IMG/VR virus record: IMGVR_UViG_3300037483_000233
Span: 1 to 36,066 of that record
From: a virus
Lineage: Duplodnaviria; Caudoviricetes
Length of the DNA: 36,066 nt
Strand: one strand, 5' to 3'
The notes below the pieces were generated by a model. That model was given only the letters and a program-made list of their open reading frames with translations, did not search any database and was not told the DNA's origin. The position numbers were made by a program, and so were the translations under genes. This document shows positions 15,814 through 25,153 of this stretch, piece by piece. Position 1 is the first letter of the stretch. Every line of letters starts with the position of its first letter.

Positions 15814-18471
15814 TTACAGGGCCGCAATGGCGGGCTTGAGCAGGCTGATGGCGGTTCCTGCCGGGTGGCTTTTGGTGATCCCATTGACGGACCTGGTTAC
15901 CGTGAACGCCTGGCCGTCGATCGGCGTGAATTCGATGCTGTCGAAGTACACGGCCGTTCCGTTCGGTGGGTTGCCTGTGATGGTCGGACCCCAGCTGACC
16001 CGGGCAGCCCCGGCCGGAGCCGTCGCCGTAATCGTCAGCTTGGTCCAGGTTGCGGCAGGCAAGGAGAAGCTCTGGGCTGACGTGCTCATGTAGTTGCCAT
16101 CGGCGTCCCGCCAGTCGATCGCAGCGGAGACGGTGCTGTAGCCAGCCGAAGAGAAGCCCCACATGGTTGCCGTGTAGCTGGTCCCGGCCGTGACGTATCC
16201 CGGTGTCGTCGGCCTGAAGTCCGCCTGGCTGGGCGTGCCGACCGTCAGGACGAAAGCACCCCACAGGCCAGCATGGACGAACGAGTTCGACTGGGAGATG
16301 GTGCAGTCGGTAGGAGTCCAGTCGCCCACGCCAGTCTCGAACTCACCGTCCGCCCCGGCGATTGCGGTCACCGTGACCGTCTCTCCGCCCACGGTGACAT
16401 TGAAGGGGAACTCGCTGGAGGTCGTGGTCCAGAGTCGCCCGTCCGTGGTCGAGACAACGACAGTGGTGTCGGTGTCGCTGATGGCAGAGCGAAGCGCAGA
16501 CCCGGACGTGTCGGCCCGGACCTCGTCAAGGTCGGCCACCGCCACCTGGTAGGGCGACTCTGGGGCGCCGTTCCAGTGGATCGTGTGCTCGAACTGGTCG
16601 ATCTGCTCGGTGAACGACTGGACCAGGACAGAGATGTCCTGCCCGCCCTGGTGGACTGGCTGGTCGGTGATCAGTACCCGGTCGCCGATGAAGGCTTCCA
16701 GGGCCGCGGCCGTCAGGTCGTAGCTGCTCGCGAACGAGGGGCGCTGGAGATGGACGGCCAGCTCGGGATACCTCGGCTCGTCCACCGTGCCCAGGTGCAG
16801 CCGCCAAGAGGCTTGGTCGGCTAGCTGGCCGTCATCGAGCACGTTGATCGTGTCCGAGGTGTCGTAGAGACCCACCCCAGCCGGAGGACGCAGGACCGAC
16901 AGAGCCCCGGTCGTCAGGATCGCCCTGGCGGACGAGCCACCCTCTCTCTTGACCTCGATGTCGTTCTGGGTCTGCTGGTCGTCGTCCACCGGGACGGCCG
17001 GGGACAGCAGGTCGTTCGTGGTGTACGACAGGGTGACCTTCGGGGCCTGGTTGTAGAGGCTGACCCTCGGCCGGTAGCCCAGGCCGAGCTGGTCCCGTGG
17101 CTCGTACAGCATCCCGAGGTCCGCCTCGACGCACTCTGTCAGCAGGGCGACGATGGTCTTGCTGGTCTGCGGCCCCATGGTGGTGGTGCCGGTGCCTGGG
17201 TCGGTGCCGGAGAAGTTGATGCCCTCCTCGGCGCAGAGGCGGGAGATCCGGGTGAAGGCCGACTCGCCCTTGTGTCCGTCGATCAGGTCCTGGGGAGTGG
17301 GCGACGGGTCTGCGGCCGTCTGGAGGAAGACGTGGCCGACCGAGATGCCCGAGCAGTCCAGCCCAGGGGCCACAGTGACCGAGGTTGCCCGGCCCAGTGC
17401 GGCTCCGGACACAGATGCGGCATTGCTGGTCGAGGCGGTTCCGTCGTCGTAGACGACACCGAGGCCGGCCAGGACGTCGCCGAGACCCTGGTCATCGGTG
17501 AGAGCGACGGACACCATCGTGTCCTTGCCGTTGATCGCCGCGTCCGTGATGTCGAAGCTGCTGCTGATCTGGACGCCCGTGGTGTCGTAGGCGGCCAGGC
17601 GCAGGGTGCCGTTCGTCGTGGTCAGGTAGATGACGTCCCAGCGGGCGGTGGTCCCGGTCGTGGCGATGCGGAACAGGACGGCCCCGTTTGCGATCCCGGC
17701 GTCCGGCATGGCGAGCAGGAAGCGGGCCCTGAGGTACGGGCCGTTGCCCTCCTCGTCGGGGCTGTCCAGGGTGTAGGTCGGGACAAGCCCGGAGACGCTT
17801 CCCGCCCCGAGGGTGGGGATGGGGTCCGAGGCGGTGTACCCGCTGTAGGCGCCCACGCTCACGCTGCCAGAGATGGTCATCGAGGCGGCACCGGTGACGG
17901 CCGAGGCAAGGGAGGTCGCCCCGCTGGCGTCCTCGCAGGGCCAGAGCGCCCTTACCGGGTCGGCGGTCTCCCGGGTCATGGTCCGGTACATGCTGGAGCG
18001 CAGCGGCTTCGCGCCCTGGTTCAGGCGCCGGAGGATCCCGGACCCCTCGACCTGGACGAAGACGTCAGCCCCCGAGTTGTCCCACTGCGAAGGCCACGCG
18101 ACGATCTCGCCGTGAAACCGGTAGCGGGTGGTGCCCTCCTGGTCCACGCTCATCCGGACGGCTGTGTTCCGCCCGATCTTCCCGTAGTAGGGGGACACGG
18201 GATTCCTCGGCGAGTACCTGCCGTCGCGGTTGTTCAGGGTGAACTTGCAGGTCCCCCGCTGGAGCTGTGAAGACTCGTCGGAGCGGCCCCCGGAGATGGT
18301 GATCCGCGAGGCGTACCTGACGTCCTCGCTGATGTCGATCCACGACTCGTCCACGTAGATCTCGACACGGGGGCCCGTGGTCGTCCCGAAGGTCGGGGAC
18401 ATGCTTCCGGTGGCGCTGGCGATCCCGCTCTGCCAGAGCTTCCATCCGGCGACTCTCGACGCGACGCTCAC
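15814..18471 (-). CDS. Large tail-tip/hub protein with carbohydrate-binding-module-like insert
   Basis: WIDISEDVR...FTLNNRDGRYSP N-terminus, LamG-like middle, and CBM_4_9-like segment (DGEFETGVGDW...VTAGTSYT...WTKLTITATAP...VYFDSI). Confidence 0.8.
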   Translation of the reverse strand: MSVASRVAGWKLWQSGIASATGSMSPTFGTTTGPRVEIYVDESWIDISEDVRYASRITISGGRSDESSQLQRGTCKFTLNNRDGRYSPRNPVSPYYGKIGRNTAVRMSVDQEGTTRYRFHGEIVAWPSQWDNSGADVFVQVEGSGILRRLNQGAKPLRSSMYRTMTRETADPVRALWPCEDASGATSLASAVTGAASMTISGSVSVGAYSGYTASDPIPTLGAGSVSGLVPTYTLDSPDEEGNGPYLRARFLLAMPDAGIANGAVLFRIATTGTTARWDVIYLTTTNGTLRLAAYDTTGVQISSSFDITDAAINGKDTMVSVALTDDQGLGDVLAGLGVVYDDGTASTSNAASVSGAALGRATSVTVAPGLDCSGISVGHVFLQTAADPSPTPQDLIDGHKGESAFTRISRLCAEEGINFSGTDPGTGTTTMGPQTSKTIVALLTECVEADLGMLYEPRDQLGLGYRPRVSLYNQAPKVTLSYTTNDLLSPAVPVDDDQQTQNDIEVKREGGSSARAILTTGALSVLRPPAGVGLYDTSDTINVLDDGQLADQASWRLHLGTVDEPRYPELAVHLQRPSFASSYDLTAAALEAFIGDRVLITDQPVHQGGQDISVLVQSFTEQIDQFEHTIHWNGAPESPYQVAVADLDEVRADTSGSALRSAISDTDTTVVVSTTDGRLWTTTSSEFPFNVTVGGETVTVTAIAGADGEFETGVGDWTPTDCTISQSNSFVHAGLWGAFVLTVGTPSQADFRPTTPGYVTAGTSYTATMWGFSSAGYSTVSAAIDWRDADGNYMSTSAQSFSLPAATWTKLTITATAPAGAARVSWGPTITGNPPNGTAVYFDSIEFTPIDGQAFTVTRSVNGITKSHPAGTAISLLKPAIAAL

Positions 18472-18474
18472 AGG

Positions 18475-18996
18475 TCACTCGTCCCAGCAGATCCACGTAC
18501 GCATGTTGACCGCGGCCGAGAAGGTGACCCGGACCCGGAGGAACTTGGAGATGGCCAGGATGGGACGCTCATCCGGCATGAACTGGTAGGTGTACTCCGT
18601 CGGGCTGGCCCCGTTGGAGACGCCTGCCACGTTGACCGCGTCGAAGACCCTCGTGGCTGTGATCGAACCCTCGGCGGTGCCGGTGTAGCCCGTGTTCGCG
18701 GTTCCCAGGGTGAGCAGGGACGCCGGGGCGTTCGGGTCCAGGGGCTGGACACCAGCGGCGACGTGAGCCGTCACGGTGGCAGCCACGTCCGTCTGCAGCA
18801 GCTCGACGACACCGACGCCCGTGGTTGCCGGGGCGGCGTCCACGGTGAAGCCCCACGAGACGATCTGGAGCTGGCGCGTGGACGGAGTTGAGAGCTGCAG
18901 CATGGTCTTGATGGCCGTGCCCGTGGTCACCGCGGCCTGCGCTGCGGTCGTAGGCATGGGGCCGTTCCACGACTTGTACCGGTGAATTGTGATCAC
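18475..18996 (-). CDS. Putative virion (tail) protein
   Basis: Between the tape measure and tail-tip genes. AAGGAG RBS. Thr/Ala/Val-rich. Confidence 0.65.
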   Translation of the reverse strand: MITIHRYKSWNGPMPTTAAQAAVTTGTAIKTMLQLSTPSTRQLQIVSWGFTVDAAPATTGVGVVELLQTDVAATVTAHVAAGVQPLDPNAPASLLTLGTANTGYTGTAEGSITATRVFDAVNVAGVSNGASPTEYTYQFMPDERPILAISKFLRVRVTFSAAVNMRTWICWDE

Positions 18997-19002
18997 TCCT
19001 TC

Positions 19003-21969
19003 TTAGCTGAGTGCCGTCTGGACGCTGTTGGGACCGGAGCCAGCCACGGCCCGGATGTTGCTCTTCAACCACTTCATGAAGTCGTCGCCCGCGTTCCCGC
19101 CGACCCATTCGAGCTGGATCGCGCCGCCGCTCGAGCCGCCGTTACCGGCCATCCGCCTCGTCGCCCCGGCCGTCATGACCGAGGAGCCGTACGGAAGGTT
19201 GAGGATCTCGGGGCCTTCCTCGCCCACGAGGGTCCAGCCACCGGCCGGACCGCCGCCGGCCTTCTTGCTCTTGCTCTTGCTGGAGACCTTGAGCAGGGCA
19301 GCGGCGATCTTGTCGGCGAACCGGTCAGCGACCTTGTCCATGGCCTTCTGCTGGACGGCGAGCTGCTTCTCCAGGGCCTTCGTGCCCATCAGAGTCTCGG
19401 CGGCGTTGGCGCCGATCTGCCCGGCCGCCTTGGAGATCTGCCCCTGGAGGGCGTTCGTCTGAGCGAAGGTCGCCTTGTCCATGGCCAGGAAGTCCTGGGC
19501 AAGCTCGAGGCCACCCTCGGGGCCGAGCTCGGCGATCTGCTGGAACAGGGCGCGGGCCAGCCCCTTCTTGGCCAACGACTTGAGGGCGGTAGCAAAGCTG
19601 CGCATCTTGGCGAGCTTGTTCTCAAGGCCGAGCTTGATGCCCAGCCCCGAGGTTGCGCCCAGCCCCGAGAGGGACGCGGTGCCCATGGCGGTCTGCGCGA
19701 TGTCCTGCCCGAACTTCTTGGCATCGGCCAGCTTCTCGGCGATCTTGTCGCGCTTGACGGCCAGCTTCTCCAGGGCGGCGAGCTGCTTCTTGGCGTAGGC
19801 GACGAGGGAGTCTTCCTGCCCGCCCTCGAACTTCGACTTGATGGTCGAGATGACGCTGTTGAACTTGGACCGGATCGTCGTGATCTTCCCATCCAGGGCG
19901 TCCAGGAGCTGCTTAAGGGCCAGAGCTGCGGTCGGGCCAGCGGTCGGGCCGCTGCCAACTCCCAAGCTGGTGAGCTGCGGCCCCGAGCTGGCGATCCGCT
20001 TGCTATCCCCGGCCGAGTGGACGGTGGAGCCGGGGGCGAGGCTCACCAGTTCCGGCCCCTGCTCCCCAACCCAGGTCATCCCGCCACGGGGGCCACCCTC
20101 TGCGGCGTGCCCGACGATCCCACCGTGGGCGTAGTGCTGATACGCCGGGGCCTTGCCCTCGTTGACCAGTCGGTTGTAGGTGGTGATCGTGAGGGTCTTC
20201 CCGTGAAGACCAGCGATGTAGTCCTTCATCTTCTTGATGTTGGCCATGGCCTCAGCCGTCCGAGCCGATACCTTGACGTCCTTGTTCTTGATCAGGCCCA
20301 GCGAATCCGCCAGGGTCCGGGCCGACTTGGATGAGAGACCCATCTTGACGGCCAGGTTGATGAAGCTCTCCCGGGCATAGTTCATCCTCTTGACGACGGC
20401 CTCGCCGCTCTCCCCCGCGGCCACCATCTTGTCCCGGACGCTCAGCGCCGCCGATGCGATGCCGTTTAGAGCTTCCCTGTTGGCACGGCCCTTCGGGGTG
20501 TGGATGTCGAGGGTCTTGCCGTTCTTCTTAACCGCCTCTGCGGCGGCATCGAACGAGGCTTCGAGGCCGATCAACGAGCCACTCATCGCGAGCTGCTCGT
20601 CCGCCAGAGCGCGAAGGGCGTCGGTGAAAACCCCGACCTTCGCCGCGGCCTTGGCTGCGTTCTCTGCCGCCTTCCCGGTCTGCTCCCCGAAGTCGGCGAC
20701 GGATGACGAAGCGAAGTCGGCACCCTCGCCGAAGTCCCCCATCTTGTCGGCCGCGTCCTTGGTCTTGCCTCCCAGATCGGGCATGAGACCGCCGAGGCTG
20801 TCCACCCACTTGATGACGTTCATCGCGGCCTCGCCGACCCCGGCGGCGGCTTCCTTCAGTTCGTCCTGGCTGGAGGCCGCAGCGTCGCCCACACCCCCCA
20901 GGCCCATGGCGGCCATGTCGCTGGCGTCCTTGGTCGAGTACAGAGCCACGGCCAGGGCCGTGACGGCGATGATCGCACCGGTCCAGGGGTTGATGCCCAT
21001 GGCCGCCGTCAGCCCTGCCTGTGCGGCCGTCACCATGCCGGTGACGATGGCCCACGCCTTCATGCCGACCACGATGGCGGCGATCATGGGAATGATGAAG
21101 TCCAGTTTGTCCTGGTCGATGGACGCGAAGAGCCCGGCGAACGCCTCGACGACGCCCAGCATCACCCCGGCGAACGGCATGAACGCGGCGCTGACCCTCT
21201 TGGCGGTCTCGGCCAGGTCTCCGAACATCTGAAGTACGCCCGGAACGACGGCCTTGACCCCGGCCATGAAGTCGTTGAACCCCTTGCTCCCGCTCAGGCC
21301 CTGACCGAATTCCCTGAACTTGGCGGTGATCTTCTCTAGGCCGCCGGTCATAGTTCCGGAGAAGGGGAGGAAAGCCCGGATGATCCCGCCGAATCCCACT
21401 CCGATGTTCTTCAGGGAGTTCAGGAAGTCAGGGAGAGCCACCTTCGCCGAGGTGTTGACGTCGTCCAAGAACGACTTGAATCCTCCGCTGGTCACGCCCT
21501 TGAGGATGCTGCCCATGAACTTCGTCAAGGCCCCGGACGCGGTCTCCACCAGCGGGGTTAGCTGAGGCAGCACGGCCCTCATGGCCTGTAGCCCCATGGT
21601 GAAAACAGGCATGGTCTTCGGGGCGAGAGAGTCGGACCACTTCTTCATGTCGTCCGTGAGCCCACGGAATTGCACCGCCGCAGATCTCACGGACGGGTTC
21701 ATGGTCTTGAGGTTGGATTCCAGGTCTGCGATCTTCTTCACCTGGGGGGCCACGGCCAGCCCAAAGGCACCGACAGCGGCACCCACGGAGGCAAAGGCCG
21801 CCACAGAAGCGCCAGCAGCAGCGACCAGGGGAGCCGCGAGCTGGGGACCGGCCATGGCAGCGATAGAACCCATGGCCTTCATCGAATCGCCGAAGCGCTT
21901 CTGTACCTTTTCGAACCCACCATTCGTGTCGTCGATCGACTGGACGTGAATGCTCACTGTGTTAGCCAT
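19003..21969 (-). CDS. Tape measure protein
   Basis: 988-aa Ala/Gly/Lys-rich helical ORF after the tail chaperone, with hydrophobic segments and VGEQGPEL-type motifs. Confidence 0.92.
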   Translation of the reverse strand: MANTVSIHVQSIDDTNGGFEKVQKRFGDSMKAMGSIAAMAGPQLAAPLVAAAGASVAAFASVGAAVGAFGLAVAPQVKKIADLESNLKTMNPSVRSAAVQFRGLTDDMKKWSDSLAPKTMPVFTMGLQAMRAVLPQLTPLVETASGALTKFMGSILKGVTSGGFKSFLDDVNTSAKVALPDFLNSLKNIGVGFGGIIRAFLPFSGTMTGGLEKITAKFREFGQGLSGSKGFNDFMAGVKAVVPGVLQMFGDLAETAKRVSAAFMPFAGVMLGVVEAFAGLFASIDQDKLDFIIPMIAAIVVGMKAWAIVTGMVTAAQAGLTAAMGINPWTGAIIAVTALAVALYSTKDASDMAAMGLGGVGDAAASSQDELKEAAAGVGEAAMNVIKWVDSLGGLMPDLGGKTKDAADKMGDFGEGADFASSSVADFGEQTGKAAENAAKAAAKVGVFTDALRALADEQLAMSGSLIGLEASFDAAAEAVKKNGKTLDIHTPKGRANREALNGIASAALSVRDKMVAAGESGEAVVKRMNYARESFINLAVKMGLSSKSARTLADSLGLIKNKDVKVSARTAEAMANIKKMKDYIAGLHGKTLTITTYNRLVNEGKAPAYQHYAHGGIVGHAAEGGPRGGMTWVGEQGPELVSLAPGSTVHSAGDSKRIASSGPQLTSLGVGSGPTAGPTAALALKQLLDALDGKITTIRSKFNSVISTIKSKFEGGQEDSLVAYAKKQLAALEKLAVKRDKIAEKLADAKKFGQDIAQTAMGTASLSGLGATSGLGIKLGLENKLAKMRSFATALKSLAKKGLARALFQQIAELGPEGGLELAQDFLAMDKATFAQTNALQGQISKAAGQIGANAAETLMGTKALEKQLAVQQKAMDKVADRFADKIAAALLKVSSKSKSKKAGGGPAGGWTLVGEEGPEILNLPYGSSVMTAGATRRMAGNGGSSGGAIQLEWVGGNAGDDFMKWLKSNIRAVAGSGPNSVQTALS

Positions 21970-22186
21970 CGTTCACCTCCTCCACCACGGGCGATCCGAT
22001 CCGGATGATTTCCAGGTACCGGAGCATCTCGGCGTCCTCTGCCTTTATCTCGCTCGGCAGCTTGTGGAACCTCTCACAGAGACCGATGACGAATTCGGCC
22101 TCTGTGAGTTCCCACGGTTTGGTTACAGGGGTTCCATCGGAATAAGTTCCTCCGGGGAAGTCGTGCCAGGCTCTGAGTCTTTTCCC
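21962..22186 (-). CDS. gpT-like -1 frameshift extension of the tail chaperone
   Basis: GGGAAAA at 22186-22180. The -1 frame reads GKRLRAWHDFPGG...LCERFHKLPSEI...EEVNDG up to the tape measure start. Confidence 0.8.
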   Translation of the reverse strand, partial: GKRLRAWHDFPGGTYSDGTPVTKPWELTEAEFVIGLCERFHKLPSEIKAEDAEMLRYLEIIRIGSPVVEEVNDG

Positions 22187-22500
22187 AGCTCCGCCTCGGC
22201 CCCCGTCAGAGCGGTCGTCCAGGCGTCGATGATCTTCAGGACGAAAGGCAGTTCCTGGGAGGTGACGCCCTCGAAGTCCAAGGGGACGGGGTCGCCCTCT
22301 TCGGTCTCGAGGTTCCACTCGAGCAGCGAGTCGGAGAACAGGTGCAGCATCCCCTCCGTCGCGGCCGGCCCGTTGTCGGACTTGGCCTTCCACAGCTCCA
22401 TCGTCTGGCCCGTGGTGAGGCTCTTGACCTTGACCTCGAGGCCCTCGTAGTCGTCGAAGACGAGGGAGTAGATCGTTCGTTGCTTCCGGTAGCCCGCCAT
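22123..22500 (-). CDS. Tail assembly chaperone (gpG-like)
   Basis: Between the tail tube and tape measure genes. Slippery G GGA AAA near the 3' end. Confidence 0.8.
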   Translation of the reverse strand: MAGYRKQRTIYSLVFDDYEGLEVKVKSLTTGQTMELWKAKSDNGPAATEGMLHLFSDSLLEWNLETEEGDPVPLDFEGVTSQELPFVLKIIDAWTTALTGAEAELGKDSEPGTTSPEELIPMEPL

Positions 22501-22524
22501 GGTGCGCTCCCTGTCGGTTGGTGG

Positions 22525-22944
22525 TCAGGCCCAGGTGGGCGCGGTGCCGCTCTGGAGGACGCCGGGGGCGGTCCAGGTCAGCGATCCGTCCGTGCCACGG
22601 GTCAGCGAGTAGTCGGTGAACAGCACCTCGGGTGCCAGCGTGTTGGCCCCGACGGTGCCCGTCACGGTGACGGTGCAGGTCCGGGCCACCGAGGTGGAGG
22701 GGACGGTCTTGAAGACCGCGTGAGCCTGGCTCGCCGAGTCGTTGAACACCCCGTTGAGGGTGATCGAGAAGTCGGCCAGGAGCAGGAGCCGCTCCATCGC
22801 GGCCTTGTCCACACCGGTCACGTCCTGGACGGCGCGCGGGGTGGCCATCTGCCAGTTGGTGATGTCGTTGCGGATGTCCTTCACCGCTCCGGCGCTGTCG
22901 TCTACGGACAGGGCGGTCTGGCTCATGCCGGTTGTCTTCGCCAT
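22525..22944 (-). CDS. Major tail (tube) protein
   Basis: DVTGVDKAAMERLLLLADFSITLNGVFND. Immediately upstream of the chaperone. Confidence 0.75.
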   Translation of the reverse strand: MAKTTGMSQTALSVDDSAGAVKDIRNDITNWQMATPRAVQDVTGVDKAAMERLLLLADFSITLNGVFNDSASQAHAVFKTVPSTSVARTCTVTVTGTVGANTLAPEVLFTDYSLTRGTDGSLTWTAPGVLQSGTAPTWA

Positions 22945-22947
22945 GAT

Positions 22948-23388
22948 CTATCCCCTTTCTAGGATCGAGCTGACCTTTTCCTGATGGAGGGCGAAGTCTT
23001 CGACCCAGTCCTCAGGACGCTTGTGTCGTACGGTCGGAATGCGGAGCGGGTTGCCCCGGAAGTCGCCGCCCTGGACCAGGAAGATCTCGGGACGCTCGCC
23101 CCGAACCCGGTGCTTGGTGAAGCAGGGCTGACCTGGCCGGAACAGGAAGGCCGTTCCGCCGATGGGGGTCCGCTCCTCGGTGAAGCCACGGCCGGATTCC
23201 TTGCGGATGTAGTGGGCCTGCTTCTGCCCGAGGTCGGTCCGCTCGTCGACCAGAGTCCGCCAGCCGTCCCGGTAGTGCGGGCACTCGGCCTCTTCGCAGG
23301 AGACCTCAACCCAGTGAGTGGCCGTCGGCAGGCTGATCCGGTACGTCTTGTAGGCCGACGCGGGCATGTTCGGCTCGATGATGTTCAT
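22948..23388 (-). CDS. Hypothetical Cys/His-containing protein in the tail operon
   Basis: SCEEAECPHYRDGW...GQPCF..H. TGATG coupling. Start 23388. Confidence 0.65.
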   Translation of the reverse strand: MNIIEPNMPASAYKTYRISLPTATHWVEVSCEEAECPHYRDGWRTLVDERTDLGQKQAHYIRKESGRGFTEERTPIGGTAFLFRPGQPCFTKHRVRGERPEIFLVQGGDFRGNPLRIPTVRHKRPEDWVEDFALHQEKVSSILERG

Positions 23389-24125
23389 CAAAAAGCCACC
23401 GCCGACTCGTTCTTCACGAACATCACGGCGAAGGTGCATTCGGAGAACGTCCCCGAGGTGATGGCCCGGACGTACTGGCGGACCGTGGACCCGGCCGCTC
23501 CGGCGATCCTCTGAGTCCCACGGGCGGTAGCCGCCACGAACGCGGAACCGGTGAACCCGGCGAACGCCGAGTCGTTGGCCGAGTCCTGCAAGGTCACAGT
23601 GCAGGAGGTACCGGTGAAGCTGAAGACCTGAAGGTATGCCTGCCATCCGAACGACGAGGAGGCCAGGAAGTCCACGCCGGTCGCGGGGCTTGTGGCAGTG
23701 GTGTCGGACCGCTTGCCGGCCGTGAGCTGAGTGCCCCACTCCAGCCCGAATCCGTTGGCCAGAGCCTGAGTCTGGAACGTGATCATCGCGTCAGTGCCAC
23801 GGGTCGAGTCATAGTTGATCTGCTTGGCGACCAGACAGGCGGCCTGGTTACCCAGGGTGGTCCCGCGGGCGTAGTAGAGGACGGTGTCCGCCGTGGGCAG
23901 GAGCTTGAGTACAGCGGTGGCCTGGCCGACCGAGTCGTTCATGTACGAGACGAACTCGATCGAACCGTCCTTGATGCCGCCCTGACGCTCGAACGCCAGC
24001 TTGTCGATACCGGTCAGGTCGAGGGCGGCCGGGCCGCCTCCGATCTTGGACAGGGAGTTGATATCCCCAGACAGGTCGAAGCCGTCGAGGTAGAAGTTGT
24101 CTCCCAATCCGCCCTGCTTAGCCAT
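23388..24125 (-). CDS. Tail-tube-like paralogue with a C-terminal beta-sandwich domain
   Basis: DLTGIDKLAFERQGGIKDGSIEF aligns by eye with the 139-aa tube protein. Start ATG 24125. Confidence 0.7.
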   Translation of the reverse strand: MAKQGGLGDNFYLDGFDLSGDINSLSKIGGGPAALDLTGIDKLAFERQGGIKDGSIEFVSYMNDSVGQATAVLKLLPTADTVLYYARGTTLGNQAACLVAKQINYDSTRGTDAMITFQTQALANGFGLEWGTQLTAGKRSDTTATSPATGVDFLASSSFGWQAYLQVFSFTGTSCTVTLQDSANDSAFAGFTGSAFVAATARGTQRIAGAAGSTVRQYVRAITSGTFSECTFAVMFVKNESAVAF

Positions 24126-24318
24126 CCTGGGCCGCCTTCCACACCGGAGCGTGGTCACGGTCGAAGGTCAGGGTGAGGGACAGCTCGGCGTCGCCAAGGT
24201 TGCCGTCGCCGTCGCGCTTCGGGCCGCTGGCGAACTGGAAGTCCTTGACGTCGTCCCAGTCGAATTCGAGCGGCGTGGTCTTGCCGTCGATCGGCAGGTT
24301 GAGAATCTGCTTACTCAT
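24118..24318 (-). CDS. Hypothetical protein
   Basis: ATGA-coupled 66-aa ORF in the tail operon. Confidence 0.55.
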   Translation of the reverse strand: MSKQILNLPIDGKTTPLEFDWDDVKDFQFASGPKRDGDGNLGDAELSLTLTFDRDHAPVWKAAQDG

Positions 24319-24767
24319 GGGTTCTGGCTCCAAACATCATTAACGATCACGGGCACGGTGATGGTCATGACCCGGTAGACCTTGCTGTCCTGGTTGAGGT
24401 AGCCCGCCTTGGCCGACAGGGTCTTGCCGGTCTGGCCGAGGAGGTCGACGCACCGGGCCGAACCGGACAGGTCGAAGTCGCCGGAGTAGGCGGACATCAG
24501 CTCGTCGACCGCGCTCAGTAGCTGCGGGTCGATGGCGTCCTGTGGCTCGGAGAGCATCGAGGTGTAGAGGCGGACGAGGAACGTGACGACGCCGGTCGTC
24601 GAGGCGAGGCCGCTGGACTCCGGGTCCGGTCCGATCTCGTCGGCCCACACCGCAGCTGTGAGGCCGTTGCCGGGCGCGCTCTTGGGCTCGTGCTGGTTGA
24701 CCCGCTCGAACAACCCCAGGGTCAGAGCATGGGACACGAGCCCGTCGAGGATGGCCGTGACGTTCAT
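24315..24767 (-). CDS. Tail terminator / completion protein
   Basis: Position and size (150 aa); ERVNQHEPKSAP...YRVMTITVPVIVND. Confidence 0.65.
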   Translation of the reverse strand: MNVTAILDGLVSHALTLGLFERVNQHEPKSAPGNGLTAAVWADEIGPDPESSGLASTTGVVTFLVRLYTSMLSEPQDAIDPQLLSAVDELMSAYSGDFDLSGSARCVDLLGQTGKTLSAKAGYLNQDSKVYRVMTITVPVIVNDVWSQNP

Positions 24768-25153
24768 CAGTCCATCCGCTCGAGGTAGCGCGGGAGGACC
24801 CGCTCGGCTGTGGCCTTGGCCAACCGGTCGATCCGCTGAGCGGTCTTCCGGAAGGTCATGTAGCCCTTGAACCTGGTCGTCTGATTGCGGGATCCGGTGC
24901 CTTCCAGCCACGGCCCATAGACCACGTCGCCATCGGTCACGCGCCAGTCACCGCTAGCCCGGTCGGCCTGAACCTGCGACTCGTAGTAGCCGGTCGGGTT
25001 CTGCAGCACGCGGCCGAGCTGGGCGCGCACCAGGCTCACGCCCTCCTGGGCGATCTCCTCCTCGGCCGCATCACAGAAGTCCCGCACGGCCTTAGCTGCG
25101 CGGCCGTCGAAGAGAGGTCCGTGCTTGGTCACGCTCACGTCGAAGCCCGGCAC
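24767..25153 (-). CDS. HK97 gp10-like neck protein
   Basis: PTGYYES...VVYGPWLEGTG motif and position. Confidence 0.65.
   Translation of the reverse strand: MPGFDVSVTKHGPLFDGRAAKAVRDFCDAAEEEIAQEGVSLVRAQLGRVLQNPTGYYESQVQADRASGDWRVTDGDVVYGPWLEGTGSRNQTTRFKGYMTFRKTAQRIDRLAKATAERVLPRYLERMD

Noticed and set aside
14874-16264. Long N-terminal versions of the holin-like (336 aa) and fibre (354 aa) ORFs
   Set aside because: The extensions overlap upstream genes out of frame. Better starts are at 15194 and 15799.
15200-18471. Diversity-generating retroelement targeting tail genes
   Set aside because: No reverse transcriptase or template/variable repeat pair seen in the window.
18982-20334. 450-aa plus-strand ORF (likewise 1442..2542 and 17272..18270)
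   Set aside because: Antisense to well-supported genes with shadow-frame composition.
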